A DNA stretch of 64,000 bases from a virus (IMGVR_UViG_3300027749_000082:18118-82117), one strand, 5' to 3'. Numbered from the stretch's first letter, positions 21,148 to 32,021 are shown. Made by a program: numbers and translations. Notes: generated from the sequence alone by a model not told the origin.

Positions 21148-21579
21148 TTAGTTACCAGAAGAGCCAAAGCCCTTATCACCTCTAATACTATCCTCAATCT
21201 CACCCTCTTCAATCAAAGTATTGTAATTTTTATATACTACAAACTGTGCAATTCGATCTCCTGCTTTAACCTCATAGTCTATATCTGTGTTATTAATAAG
21301 CTTAATACCACAATTTCCACGATATTGCTCATCAACTACACCTTGAAACGCTGTGATTCCTTTTGCAAATCCCATACCGCTTCTGCTTTGGATCTGAAAC
21401 CAAAACCCCGGTGTAATATAAGCAAGAGTAAGACCTACATCAACAACAGCACTACCACGTGCTGGAATTACCTTGTTTTCCACTGCTGACACATCGTATC
21501 CCGTATCGGAAGCATTATTCTTAGTAGGTAGCTTAGCATCTTGGTGAACACGCTTAAAACGTAATATAACATCATTCAT
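21148..21579 (-). CDS. dut: Trimeric dUTPase
   Basis: GYD, SRSG, GVVDEQYRG, GDRIAQ and RGDKGFGSSG motifs. Confidence 0.95.
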   Translation of the reverse strand: MNDVILRFKRVHQDAKLPTKNNASDTGYDVSAVENKVIPARGSAVVDVGLTLAYITPGFWFQIQSRSGMGFAKGITAFQGVVDEQYRGNCGIKLINNTDIDYEVKAGDRIAQFVVYKNYNTLIEEGEIEDSIRGDKGFGSSGN

Positions 21580-21585
21580 ACTATG

Positions 21586-21613
21586 ATTATAACCATTGAT
21601 AAACCTAAATCAA
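21586..21613 (-). promoter_or_regulatory. Sigma70-like promoter of the dut-clamp loader operon
   Basis: Minus strand TTGATT-16-TATAAT, then 6 nt, then ATG. Confidence 0.65.
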
Positions 21614-21629
21614 GATTAAATACATAATA

Positions 21630-22073
21630 ATGGAAGAAAATCTAGACAATATTGTAGGTGATATAATTACACAATTAAAAGGTACTACAGCATTGGCTAG
21701 AAAAGAGCCGGAGGATGAGCTAACAAAAGAAAAATTAGAGGAATTTATTATTAAAAACTCTGGCAGACTTATTAATAAGTCACTTAATATAATTGATGAG
21801 GTTCAAGCTTATATTTCTTCAGCACCTGATGCTAAAGATGTAGCTGCTTTTGCTGAATTACTTAAAGCATCTTCTGCTAGTATGGAATCACTTAATAAGA
21901 TCTATATTTCACTTGAGAAGAACAAGACTACAAAGGATATTAAGCAGATGGACCTTGATTCGAGGGAAAAGATTAATACTCAGGATAATATAACACACCT
22001 TTTATCTCGTAAAGAGATCATGAAAGAGTTAATGAATAAAGCTGATAAGGCTGATACTACTATTACGGTGTAA
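21630..22073 (+). CDS. Probable terminase small subunit (T4 gp16-like)
   Basis: Helical pattern EFIIKNSGRLINKSLNIIDEV...PDAKDVAAFAELLKA...LNKI...LSRKEIMKEL follows the gp16 layout; has a late TAAATA box. Confidence 0.55.
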   Translation: MEENLDNIVGDIITQLKGTTALARKEPEDELTKEKLEEFIIKNSGRLINKSLNIIDEVQAYISSAPDAKDVAAFAELLKASSASMESLNKIYISLEKNKTTKDIKQMDLDSREKINTQDNITHLLSRKEIMKELMNKADKADTTITV

Positions 22074-24234
22074 GTCTTATATGACCATCATTATGTTCAA
22101 TTGACCCGAAATATGCAGCTGCACCACCCCAACCTGAAGTTATAGGCCACCTATTAAGATCGTATACTTTAATATACTTATCTCGTCTTACTAAGTAGTT
22201 TATAATTTTAAGAGCAGCATCTGTATTAAAATAAGGATCAAGTAGCTGTGCATCGGTAAGCGGTTGACCATTGTTTAAATTATAAGCGAGACTTTTACCA
22301 TCTAAATATGATAATTGGAATAACCCTTTCGAATTACCATGATCACCTGTTGCTGTATTTTTAAAACCTGACTCTTGTTCGCATAATCTCATAAAGAAAG
22401 CTGACCACTCAGTCACAGTACCGTTAGATATACCATAAGCATCACCATCTAGCGGTTTTGATGTAAACGCAGGGAATGATGGTATTCTTTGCTCAATATA
22501 TGATTTAAGTTGCTGTTTATTAACTTCACCTGTATTACTTTTATTTAAATCAGCAATTGTACCAATAACAAACTCAATTGTACAAGTTGTTTTACTTGGA
22601 CATGCATACTGTTCATATACACTTACTTTACCATTATCTGGATCATCGAGAATATAAGGACTACCAGTTGTTACAGGTTCTTTCCCAAATATCGCTTTAA
22701 AAGTAGGTATAGTAAAATAAACACCAGGTCCTGTGCTTTCATCTGGAGGGAGATCAAATACCTTTACAACAATAGCATTACCACCGTTATCAGGTTTAAC
22801 TCTAGCATACACACGCTTATCAGAATCACCTGTATTACTTATATACTGCTCTAATTCTCCTTCACCATACGAAAATCCACCACTTGAAGTAAAGTAAGCT
22901 TTAAGTATAGCAGGATCTATAGCAATTCCAAGATTAAATTTATTATTTTCAAACTTAATTAAATCAACACTAGTAGTATAACCTTGCGCTTTTAATTGTT
23001 TATAAAATTCCCAACTTGAAGGTCCTGTCTTATATTGATCATTATCCCCCTTTTTATCCTTACGTTGCGCTTTTATTAACCCATGCTGTGTATCACTACT
23101 ATTTGATTTATTACTGTAGAATGTTGTACCGGCTAAATGACCTCCATAAATCATTATATTATTTTTTGTAGATGATGGAGAACCATCTGTAACAAACGGT
23201 ATAGGGTTAGTAATAGCTACATAATTATCTAAAGGTTGAATAAGTGTTGGATTTCTGTTACCGATACCTCCATAATCTAAATTATCTGCATTACTACCAC
23301 CAGAATTTGATGGTGATTGCCCAAATAGTGTTCTTTGAAACATACCTGATGTAGGGTTAGAGCTATTAACAGTATCCGGTATCCCAGATCTAGATACATT
23401 TTCAAGATTCTGTTTAGGGTCGTAAGGATTATATCTATAATCGTGTTGATAATCTCTAAAGCAATCACCTAATTCCGCCGCTGTTTCAGCTAAAATGTCA
23501 GCAGCTATCTTATTTAAAGTTATATGTGAAGCGTAATCTGGCGTATATCTATAACCTGCTGTATTAAGCCTCATAGAAGACCCATCATGTGCAAGATTCT
23601 CGAGAGTTGTTTTATTAGCAGTATCTACCATTGATGTCTGCGTCTCAGACCACGCTTGTAGTGCTAGTGTTTTTAAATTAACTATACTCTTTTGAAATAG
23701 TTCAGGTATCTTATTAAAGAGTGTAGCATCAATACCACCTGTAAACATAGCAGTATTATCTTTCATGCTACCTACAGCAAAAACAGAGTTCTCGTTTGAA
23801 AAAATAGATCCTTGTGATAACTTACTAATAGAGCTTGAAGTTCTTCCAAACGGATTGCAGGGAGATGTTAAACAATCATTAGCATTTCTAATTGAGCGTG
23901 CTAGTGATGTATTTAAACCATTTAAATTTGCAAATGTATAATTAATGTATGATATTTGTTCTGCAAAAATAGGATATGTTTCCATTTTTTGCCTATAAAA
24001 TTTCTTTGTAGGTATATCTATACTTGCACCACTTAATACAAAAGTAGTCACGAATGCATTAAGTGCATCTTTATTACCATTGATAGCCTGATTAAAATTT
24101 ATAGCTAAATCAAAATCTAATGCGAGAGCAGGATCGTCTAAGTGCTCGCAATAGGGTGATTGATACTTAATAAACTCTCGAGAAATCGCATAACCAAAAA
24201 GTTTAGCGTGTAAATTATGTGAGTATATTACCAT
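22063..24234 (-). CDS. Virion-associated protein with C-terminal lytic transglycosylase (SLT/lysozyme-like) domain
   Basis: EQESGF...SKGLFQL...LLDPYFN motifs; follows the hub gene. Confidence 0.75.
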   Translation of the reverse strand: MVIYSHNLHAKLFGYAISREFIKYQSPYCEHLDDPALALDFDLAINFNQAINGNKDALNAFVTTFVLSGASIDIPTKKFYRQKMETYPIFAEQISYINYTFANLNGLNTSLARSIRNANDCLTSPCNPFGRTSSSISKLSQGSIFSNENSVFAVGSMKDNTAMFTGGIDATLFNKIPELFQKSIVNLKTLALQAWSETQTSMVDTANKTTLENLAHDGSSMRLNTAGYRYTPDYASHITLNKIAADILAETAAELGDCFRDYQHDYRYNPYDPKQNLENVSRSGIPDTVNSSNPTSGMFQRTLFGQSPSNSGGSNADNLDYGGIGNRNPTLIQPLDNYVAITNPIPFVTDGSPSSTKNNIMIYGGHLAGTTFYSNKSNSSDTQHGLIKAQRKDKKGDNDQYKTGPSSWEFYKQLKAQGYTTSVDLIKFENNKFNLGIAIDPAILKAYFTSSGGFSYGEGELEQYISNTGDSDKRVYARVKPDNGGNAIVVKVFDLPPDESTGPGVYFTIPTFKAIFGKEPVTTGSPYILDDPDNGKVSVYEQYACPSKTTCTIEFVIGTIADLNKSNTGEVNKQQLKSYIEQRIPSFPAFTSKPLDGDAYGISNGTVTEWSAFFMRLCEQESGFKNTATGDHGNSKGLFQLSYLDGKSLAYNLNNGQPLTDAQLLDPYFNTDAALKIINYLVRRDKYIKVYDLNRWPITSGWGGAAAYFGSIEHNDGHIRLTP

Positions 24235-24280
24235 TGTAATTATTTATCGTGTAATCCTAAGAACTAATTAATTAATACAA

Positions 24281-25906
24281 TTAAAATTGTGGATTTATAC
24301 TAGGATTAAATTGATTAGTAAACGATTGATTTGCTGTTTCTAATACCGCTGGAGTAGGTGGTGGTATTGTAGGAGCACTAGTAGTTACACTAACACCCGG
24401 ATTTACATTAGGATTAAATTGATTGTTAAATGAATTAAGTGCTGATTGTAATGCAGGTGTCGGTGTTGTTTCGGGTGTAGTTTTATATATACCAGCTGGT
24501 ATATTAGATATATTAGCTCCAGGTCGAACAGCCGTACCCTTAGTATGAAGTTTAGCACATACTATTTCATTTGTATAAAAATCACCTTTAAATACATGTT
24601 TTACAGAAATAATAAACCAGTATCCATCCATACTATCATCTGTTGTTGCTTTATTAATGATACCCTCACCCTTATAATTTATTTTAATAAATTTACCTGA
24701 CTGTCTATATGCCTTACCAGGAACACTAAATGTAAGATGCTTATTATCATATATGAAACTTTTCATCATAATATTAACAACAGCACTTTTTGTTAGTGTA
24801 TCATTCGCATCATCTATATTTTTATGTACAATCCTTCTATTTGACTTACCAGCTTCATTATTTCTTGTTACCGTAGGTAAGTTCGCTGCGTTGCCAGCTA
24901 ACATCTGTGTAGCAAAATCATACTTTACACCTTCATAAGTAACGGTTGGTGCAGCTGTACTTGTTATATCCTCACTACCAGAGCCGCTAACTATTGTATC
25001 AATCCACTTATTTTCTAAAACATCACCTTGATCAACGTGTATAAAGCTATAATTATCTATAAAGTTCGTATTTAGAGCAGCACTATTATTAGCAGAGCCT
25101 ATTACAAACTCCTCCGTAACATATTCATGAAGATCCTCTGCTTTTTGATTATACTTTATATAAAACCCTTTAATATACTCTGCTAACGGTCTTAATACAA
25201 GTTTTCTCTGTAAAACCCCATTCTTTAATACTGTTACACCTGTTAGTAAACCAGGCCCTGCAATATCACCTGTATAAGTAACATATTGATATAATTTACA
25301 AATAATATCATATAGTGTTGTTTTTCCCTTCTTATACACCCCCGCTAAACTAATATTATTAGGAGCATCAGCTACAAATGCATCCTTTATCGTGATATTT
25401 GTAGTTATATCGTCTACAGATTCTTTATTAGAATGCTTAAGTAGTGTGTGAATTAATTTACCTGGGGTATCGTTTAACTTAGAGTCATTCGGTAACTGAT
25501 ATATACTTTCTGTTTTTAATTTTGCGACGAAGTATTCTTCAAAGGAAAAAGAAAGACCCTTATCGATAATATTAATTGAGTCTTCTACACCTTTTGTAAG
25601 AAAAGCTAAAAACGCTATTGAAGCATCAGCATTTGTTTTTGACTTAGAAAGGTTAGAATCCTTAATACTAATATACAAACAATTAATACCCGTTACATCT
25701 AACACATTTAATTGTTGTAAAATACCATAAAAATTATTAATGGTACAGCTACCACCATAACCAAAAAATGCTAAGCTATCTTCAATTATAAGATTATCTA
25801 TTGAACCCTTTGTTAATGGTAAGTAAATTTCAGCTCCTGGTTTAGTATTTACTAGACCGAACTCAAATTCATAAATATCGCTATTAATGTTACTCTGCTT
25901 ACTCAT
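24281..25906 (-). CDS. Baseplate hub protein (gp27-like)
   Basis: C-terminal VPG...GKFIKI...DGYWFIISVKHVF...YTNEIVCAK is typical of contractile-tail hubs; followed by a Pro/Thr/Asn-rich tail. Confidence 0.65.
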   Translation of the reverse strand: MSKQSNINSDIYEFEFGLVNTKPGAEIYLPLTKGSIDNLIIEDSLAFFGYGGSCTINNFYGILQQLNVLDVTGINCLYISIKDSNLSKSKTNADASIAFLAFLTKGVEDSINIIDKGLSFSFEEYFVAKLKTESIYQLPNDSKLNDTPGKLIHTLLKHSNKESVDDITTNITIKDAFVADAPNNISLAGVYKKGKTTLYDIICKLYQYVTYTGDIAGPGLLTGVTVLKNGVLQRKLVLRPLAEYIKGFYIKYNQKAEDLHEYVTEEFVIGSANNSAALNTNFIDNYSFIHVDQGDVLENKWIDTIVSGSGSEDITSTAAPTVTYEGVKYDFATQMLAGNAANLPTVTRNNEAGKSNRRIVHKNIDDANDTLTKSAVVNIMMKSFIYDNKHLTFSVPGKAYRQSGKFIKINYKGEGIINKATTDDSMDGYWFIISVKHVFKGDFYTNEIVCAKLHTKGTAVRPGANISNIPAGIYKTTPETTPTPALQSALNSFNNQFNPNVNPGVSVTTSAPTIPPPTPAVLETANQSFTNQFNPSINPQF

Positions 25907-26277
25907 ACATTAACTTGACTTAATACGCTATTAATAATACTATCTATATTATCAGGATAAAAATACTTATATGCTATACCAGGCTCTGCATAGAATATAT
26001 TTTTTGGTTTATTTATTAAAAATAATAACCACCATAAGTTAGTAGTACCGTATAATTTATATGAAAATGTTGTCCAAGGTAATTTCCGATTCAAAGTAAA
26101 AGCACCTATTAGTGTTGGATCGATATCTGTTGGTATATTAACCTTGTTTAATATATTATAAAAATAATATACATCTGTAGCAGTTTTATTAGTAGTATAG
26201 ACATTAAAAATATTTTCATATCTCGTATTATCTAATTTTTCTAATGTAGGTATATCGTTTTGTGGAAGTCCGTTCAT
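25903..26277 (-). CDS. Baseplate wedge protein, T4 gp53-like
   Basis: SYKLYGTTNLWWLLFLIN (LysM-like gp53 motif). Confidence 0.8.
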   Translation of the reverse strand: MNGLPQNDIPTLEKLDNTRYENIFNVYTTNKTATDVYYFYNILNKVNIPTDIDPTLIGAFTLNRKLPWTTFSYKLYGTTNLWWLLFLINKPKNIFYAEPGIAYKYFYPDNIDSIINSVLSQVNV

Positions 26278-26302
26278 TTTTAAAATCTTACAATTATATT
26301 AT

Positions 26303-27499
26303 TTAAAATAAAGATAATACACCCGTATTTATCTTATTACCGAAATCCGGAGACGCCATCATATTACCTATATCCGCTAGTAAGCCTGTAAAGGTAATTG
26401 ATACTACATACGCTTCAGGTATTGGTGCTGTAATAGTTGTACCTGCACGATCATTACTTGGAATAGCAACCGGTAAAATACGCTTTGTGCCTTGAAACTC
26501 TACAGACATATTACTTATATAACAGTAAGGCATAGATTTAATGCCTGGTATAGAGAGTGTATATATCTTTGGTGGTAATATTCTTGAAAATGAAGTTCTA
26601 TATGGTTTATTCTGATACGCTAGCATCCATAACAGTTCATAATTTTGTTGATATGGTAATACTGAACTATCACCAGGGTTATACGTGTTAAGTAGTGGAA
26701 ACTTAATAGTGATAGATTCACCTTCAGAAGGATATTGAAAATATCTAGGCTTTTCAATAAAGGTACCAGGTTGTAGTACATTAAGTGTTGCAGCTGCTTG
26801 ATCTACAGATGTTTCAACCAATTCCATATATTTTTTCGAGATCAAGGGTCGTTCTTGACTTTGACTACCCCATGAATTAGTTACAGTCATTGTATCACTG
26901 CCGAAGTAAGGCAATATATATCTAAACCCTGTTTTCTTAGTCAGATATATACCTATATATGACTTTAAAGTACTCTTCGAATAACTTAGTAAGCTTTGAT
27001 CATCAAAAGATGATACAAGTTTTTGAAGCTTTGATTGTAGAGCTTTCATTGTAGATTCAAAACTTGAACCAGTAGCTGTACTACCTAAACTTGAGCTTAT
27101 TAGTGTAGTAATATACGTAATTATTTTATTACTACTTTCTTTATCTAAATTATTTGTTGATCCTCCTATACCATTTATAAACGATGTAACATAATATAAA
27201 GCGGAGGAAATAAGTGAATTCGTTTCCTGTGATCTCTCTGTAAGAAATACACAAGGAATTGATGGTAATACACCTTTTTTAGGAGATACTGTCCAAACAA
27301 AATCACCTCTAACATCTATTATACCTGTAGGACTCTTCGGATGTAATATAACATTACCGTTTGTATTATTTACAGTGCCAATATTAGCTAATGATGGTGC
27401 AGAAATTAACCCACCTATAACATCTATACCACCTATACTAAGAAGATTGGTTGTAAGAGTGTTAGATGTATAAGAGTATAAAGATGTAGGTGTAGACAT
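26303..27499 (-). CDS. Baseplate-tube cap protein, T4 gp48-like
   Basis: PPKIY...PYCYISNMSVEF...P.AYVVSITF tube-fold pattern; located between the tape measure gene and gp53. Confidence 0.55.
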   Translation of the reverse strand: MSTPTSLYSYTSNTLTTNLLSIGGIDVIGGLISAPSLANIGTVNNTNGNVILHPKSPTGIIDVRGDFVWTVSPKKGVLPSIPCVFLTERSQETNSLISSALYYVTSFINGIGGSTNNLDKESSNKIITYITTLISSSLGSTATGSSFESTMKALQSKLQKLVSSFDDQSLLSYSKSTLKSYIGIYLTKKTGFRYILPYFGSDTMTVTNSWGSQSQERPLISKKYMELVETSVDQAAATLNVLQPGTFIEKPRYFQYPSEGESITIKFPLLNTYNPGDSSVLPYQQNYELLWMLAYQNKPYRTSFSRILPPKIYTLSIPGIKSMPYCYISNMSVEFQGTKRILPVAIPSNDRAGTTITAPIPEAYVVSITFTGLLADIGNMMASPDFGNKINTGVLSLF

Positions 27500-27515
27500 A
27501 TAGTTCTGTTAGGTG

Positions 27516-29144
27516 TTATGCTAATAAAGTCTGATTATTATAATCAGTTCTGTAGTTTTCAGGTGATGGGGTATTATATGAGTTAAAAGAGGCTCCAGAG
27601 CCACCACCTACTGGTTTTCTTACAAGTTGAACAAGTAATTCAATCATTGTATCTTGACGTTTAATCTGTTCAGATAATGCAGCTTTAGCAAACTTATTAT
27701 ATTCAGCAGTATTAGATACAAGTGTCTGCATATTATTATCACCGGTTGTGGTTAACGTGCCAGAGATTTCACTATTAACCTTCTTTTGTGTGCCTAATAG
27801 GTTCCACAATGCTTCGTTAATGTTATTAATATTTTTAATGGTCTTATCTACATCAAGATTGCCTAATATATTAAAATCTTTAACAGCTGCTAATTCTTTA
27901 AGAGCATTTGTTAGTTTTTCTATACCAGGTGCAGCTTTACCGAGTTCTATTATCTTATCAAACGGACTTTTTGCACCAAATAGTGAACCAATACCATCTA
28001 TTATACTACTAAAAAGACTACCACTACTAAACACTGCTAATCCCGCTCCTATAGCAGCTAAAGCTGGTCCTACAGCTAGCAAGACACTTACTGGCATATC
28101 TTTAAGCTTTACTAAAGAATCTGCAATTTTATCAAGAGCTGGCGCTGCAAGATTAGCTGCATATGCGAATGGTATAAGGGCAATACCAAGTAATCCAAGT
28201 GCAATAGCACCCATACCTATTAATTCAGGAATTGGTCCAGCACCTGCGACACCACCAATAACACCTAACCCAACTATAGCAGCACCAGCTATCTTCAAAA
28301 CTTTCCAATCCATTTTAGCAAACGGTTCTACAGCTTTTGATATACCCCATAATGCAGCATCCATAAGACCAAGCCCTAATGCGCCTAATGCAATATCTTT
28401 AAAGTTACTACCTATAAGTTTTCCTGCTACTCCTAATGCTGTTATAGCAACTCCTGCTTTTCCTAATGTCTCCCACCCTATACCTTCAAAAGGTTTAAGC
28501 CCCTTATCTACAAGAAATTCTAAAGCAACGGTAGTTGCACCTATACCAGCTGCTAGCTTAATCAAATTCCAACCTAATCCTTTAACCCCTTTATTAAGCA
28601 TATAAATGGTTAATATTGTACCACCTACTACAACACCAATTTTAAGTATAGTCTTCCAGTCTAAATTTTTGAAGGTAGTCATAACACTATCTATTAGACC
28701 ACCTACTACACCTTTTATTTTTTCTTTTAATTCTTTCGGTAGTAATGACCACCCAAAAACACCAAGAGCTGCAGCTCCGAGAGCGCCCAACATTGTTTTA
28801 ACAAAGTCACCCTTGTTGTCTTTTATATTACTAACCGCACTAACAACTCTATCTTTCATAGAACCTAAGGCTCTTATTGGTGTAATTGTCGACACTCTTT
28901 TAGCTACCGTGTCTTGCGCATACTTTCCTATCTCAACAATTTTACCAAATTCTTCTCCAAAGATTTTAGCTATTTTTCTAAGTCTGGATTGTTCATCAGA
29001 AGTTAAATTTGATTTAACTCTATTTTCTTCGTTATTAATAACACTAGAAGAATTAGCAGATTTTGAGTCTACACCTTTTGGCTCTGTTCTCCCTCTTAGG
29101 AGTGCAGACATAGTTTCTAAAACACCTAATTTATCATTAGCCAC
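27516..29144 (-). CDS. Tape measure protein (GTG start)
   Basis: Ala/Gly/Leu-rich amphipathic repeats with periodic Trp, in the tail operon. TAAATA 5 nt upstream of the GTG. Confidence 0.65.
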   Translation of the reverse strand: MANDKLGVLETMSALLRGRTEPKGVDSKSANSSSVINNEENRVKSNLTSDEQSRLRKIAKIFGEEFGKIVEIGKYAQDTVAKRVSTITPIRALGSMKDRVVSAVSNIKDNKGDFVKTMLGALGAAALGVFGWSLLPKELKEKIKGVVGGLIDSVMTTFKNLDWKTILKIGVVVGGTILTIYMLNKGVKGLGWNLIKLAAGIGATTVALEFLVDKGLKPFEGIGWETLGKAGVAITALGVAGKLIGSNFKDIALGALGLGLMDAALWGISKAVEPFAKMDWKVLKIAGAAIVGLGVIGGVAGAGPIPELIGMGAIALGLLGIALIPFAYAANLAAPALDKIADSLVKLKDMPVSVLLAVGPALAAIGAGLAVFSSGSLFSSIIDGIGSLFGAKSPFDKIIELGKAAPGIEKLTNALKELAAVKDFNILGNLDVDKTIKNINNINEALWNLLGTQKKVNSEISGTLTTTGDNNMQTLVSNTAEYNKFAKAALSEQIKRQDTMIELLVQLVRKPVGGGSGASFNSYNTPSPENYRTDYNNQTLLA

Positions 29145-29152
29145 ATAGTTAT

Positions 29153-29887
29153 TTATTCACCGGCTAAAAAGCCAGCGTCTATATTTAACTTAGTACCGTC
29201 GCTGAATGTAAAGAACTCTTGTTCATACTCCTTATATTTTGCAATAAAGTCAAGTAACATATTATTAAGTTTGAGAGGTAGGTTTTCAACAATATTTTTT
29301 CTATCGTAAATACCATGCTCACCAAAATTAATGATAGAATCCTCTATTTGTATTGTTTGTATAAATTTTATTAGTTCATATACTAATAAAATACTAATAG
29401 AACCACCAATTTTTTTATCGTCTGCAGCAAGCTTGGATATCTCAGAAATACTCTTTTCTGTAATTTTTGAATCTTCTATAAGTGTTGGTATCTTTACTTT
29501 AACCCTAATACCTTTATATTCAAACTCTTGCTCCTCTACATACTTAAACTTAAAAGGTGGTAGACTATCGAGAGAATAATCAATACTGTTAATAGTTACT
29601 TTATCACCGTTAATTTGACGTCTAATATCTAAAAGAATCTTACTTCTATCGTAATGTTTAAAAGCAATATCTTCAGTAGAATTTTCCTTAACGATATCAT
29701 TAAAAATCTTAGTTGAGAGTATAGTACCTTCAACACCTTCGAGAATAGTCTTAATTACATCTCTTTGTTGTTTAACAGAAAATGATTTAAAGGGAATTTT
29801 CTTATTAATAGACGGTACATATACATCTACAAACTCGTTATCATTAAATTGTTTAAGTTCATCCAAAAAAGACTTAACATCACTCAT
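29153..29887 (-). CDS. Baseplate hub assembly protein, T4 gp26-like
   Basis: YVPSINKKIPFKSFSVKQQR N-terminal motif; KIPT. Confidence 0.65.
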   Translation of the reverse strand: MSDVKSFLDELKQFNDNEFVDVYVPSINKKIPFKSFSVKQQRDVIKTILEGVEGTILSTKIFNDIVKENSTEDIAFKHYDRSKILLDIRRQINGDKVTINSIDYSLDSLPPFKFKYVEEQEFEYKGIRVKVKIPTLIEDSKITEKSISEISKLAADDKKIGGSISILLVYELIKFIQTIQIEDSIINFGEHGIYDRKNIVENLPLKLNNMLLDFIAKYKEYEQEFFTFSDGTKLNIDAGFLAGE

Positions 29888-29895
29888 AAATGTAT

Positions 29896-30723
29896 TTACT
29901 CACGCTTCTTGCTTTGCAACTCCTTATTTTGATCATCAATATCCTTATTATATATGTTAATTAATACTCGTGTATCAAGAGGTGTAAGATCAAAAAACGT
30001 ATCACCTGATATAGAAAGTCTATTTGAAAAAACATATAATAATTCGAAAAAGTTTTTTAACCCTGTTGAGAAAATCATCATAATAAAATTCATAAACTCA
30101 TTTGAAATTATATTTGTATTAATACCTTCTATATTAAAAGCTTCATTATGCTCTATAATTACAAAATCCTGTAATTGTTTAGAAATCTGAGTTATATACT
30201 TATTAATATGTGGAAATAGTAAGTTTGGGATAGTAGCTAAAACTTTTTCTTTTTCTTGTTCTGTTAATTCAGCAAAATTGAGTACATTATCTTTAAATTT
30301 AATAGTTCTTATTATACTTGAATATATATCATCAATACTCTTAAAATACAGAGTATTCGGTAACCCTAAATCAACTGTAAAATCTTGTACGTTTATTGTT
30401 TGCTCAAAATCATTTTGAAAACAATCAATTTTTTCAAGTATTGTAGATATACCGTAATTTACCGTACCGTTGGTATTTGAAAATAATAAATCAGGATCTA
30501 TAAAAAGCATTCGTATAGTTAATAGAATATAGAACTTATCTATAATATCTAAAAACTTAAGGTCACCCTTAAAAATAATGAAATTAAATAAATCATTTAA
30601 TCCCTCAATATCTGCATTCTCGCAATACTTTAGTATAGTTAAATAATCCTTATTCTTTAACTCCTCTAACCGTATACGTTTACCGCTTGGTAATTGAATT
30701 TTAATTTTAAAGCCGTGGCTCAT
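29896..30723 (-). CDS. Second gp26-like protein with gp51-like C-terminus
   Basis: QLPSGKRIRL...DKFYILLTIR; C-terminal FFDLTPLDTRVLINIYNKDIDDQN resembles gp51. Confidence 0.55.
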   Translation of the reverse strand: MSHGFKIKIQLPSGKRIRLEELKNKDYLTILKYCENADIEGLNDLFNFIIFKGDLKFLDIIDKFYILLTIRMLFIDPDLLFSNTNGTVNYGISTILEKIDCFQNDFEQTINVQDFTVDLGLPNTLYFKSIDDIYSSIIRTIKFKDNVLNFAELTEQEKEKVLATIPNLLFPHINKYITQISKQLQDFVIIEHNEAFNIEGINTNIISNEFMNFIMMIFSTGLKNFFELLYVFSNRLSISGDTFFDLTPLDTRVLINIYNKDIDDQNKELQSKKRE

Positions 30724-31424
30724 ACTACAGGTATAGTATAGTAACGACTAAAAGCAAATCCAACTGTCTTACTAACTTCCGCAAAACTAATATCAGAATA
30801 ATTTAATTCATCACCGCTAACTTGGTGAGGTATAGCATCCTCAAAAATAAGTGCTTTTCTATGCTGAAAGACTGGTAACCCACCTTGACCCGGTTTAGCG
30901 CGGGTATAGTAGTTAACCATTATATTACATTTTATATCTTCTTTACCATCTTCTATAAGACCCTTATATGATGCAGCTATAATCCAAGGTCTTATAAAAT
31001 TGTCAATAATATCTAAATTAGTTTCGATAAATGTAATAGATAATCCGTTACTTGCACCGTAACCATTTCTGTCTCCACTAATATAACCTGGTAAAAATCC
31101 TCCAACATTATCAAGTGAAGAGTTACTTACATTATATGCATCATTAGGTAAAGCAACATTTTGTGCAAACATATAACCATAATAACTGTTTGGATCTGAT
31201 TGATAATCAAACAACCCACTTACAACCGGCCATTTATTAGGTCCTTCATAACGTGCGAGTATGGAGGAGATATTAGCTCCTATATCGCTCATAGTATTAG
31301 CAGCAAACAAGCTAGCCGCTGCTGCACCCCGTGGAAAGAAAGATATCGTCCAAAGAAACTTAAGTGGAACATCATTAGCCCACTCGTTCTGTAGACTGAT
31401 CCGTAATGGAATTGATCCAGTCAC
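30720..31424 (-). CDS. Baseplate tail-tube initiator, T4 gp54-like
   Basis: AQNVALP, LSITFIET...FIRPW, FEDAIP...ELNY...VGFAFSRY tube-fold pattern; follows the tube gene. Confidence 0.6.
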   Translation of the reverse strand: MTGSIPLRISLQNEWANDVPLKFLWTISFFPRGAAAASLFAANTMSDIGANISSILARYEGPNKWPVVSGLFDYQSDPNSYYGYMFAQNVALPNDAYNVSNSSLDNVGGFLPGYISGDRNGYGASNGLSITFIETNLDIIDNFIRPWIIAASYKGLIEDGKEDIKCNIMVNYYTRAKPGQGGLPVFQHRKALIFEDAIPHQVSGDELNYSDISFAEVSKTVGFAFSRYYTIPVV

Positions 31425-31437
31425 TTATGTTTAGTTT

Positions 31438-31989
31438 TTATTGAGCAACAGGAGGATTAGTATAGTAGTGGTAAGCAATTGTAGCTGTAACGTCTACAGT
31501 TTGACCAGTACCTGCAGCTATTGAATATGAGATATTCTCAATATTTCTTATAGAAGCTCCAACAAGCTTATACGAACTAATTGGCTTAAGATCCTTATCT
31601 AATTGCGCTAATGTAATATAGTGTGTTTGATCTGGTGTACCATATTGACCTGTAGAAGTACTATCGTCAAATAATGCTCTTGAAGCAGTTTCAAAGTAAT
31701 TTCTAAGGCTACTAGCTGCATCAAGATAGAATACAATTTGATAACCTTCAGAACCTGGATATGTAACACCACCTGGAACATTAATGTTTAATCCCATATA
31801 AGGTACAGCAACATTACTAATATTTCTACCTGGAAGAGCAGCTGTCTTAGCATAGATTAATTGACCTTCTGTCATCGCAGGAACACCAGCAAGATTTAAC
31901 TCAGTTACTCTAAAAAGGAAATCTCTAGAGAAATCTCTATCTGCTGCTGTTTTATAGAAGTTTTGGATATTTTGGTTTACGCCGGCCAT
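31438..31989 (-). CDS. Tail tube protein, T4 gp19-like
   Basis: SRDFLFRV, AKTAALPG...VPYMG...PG, LAQLD, TIAYHYY; follows the sheath gene. Confidence 0.88.
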   Translation of the reverse strand: MAGVNQNIQNFYKTAADRDFSRDFLFRVTELNLAGVPAMTEGQLIYAKTAALPGRNISNVAVPYMGLNINVPGGVTYPGSEGYQIVFYLDAASSLRNYFETASRALFDDSTSTGQYGTPDQTHYITLAQLDKDLKPISSYKLVGASIRNIENISYSIAAGTGQTVDVTATIAYHYYTNPPVAQ

Positions 31990-32021
31990 ATTAATATTTA
32001 TGTAACCTGATATAGAAATAC

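Noticed and set aside
27748-29148. Long plus-strand ORFs (285 and 180 aa) opposite the tape measure gene
   Set aside because: In-register antisense shadows of an Ala/Gly/Leu-rich gene, with no promoter or recognisable motifs.
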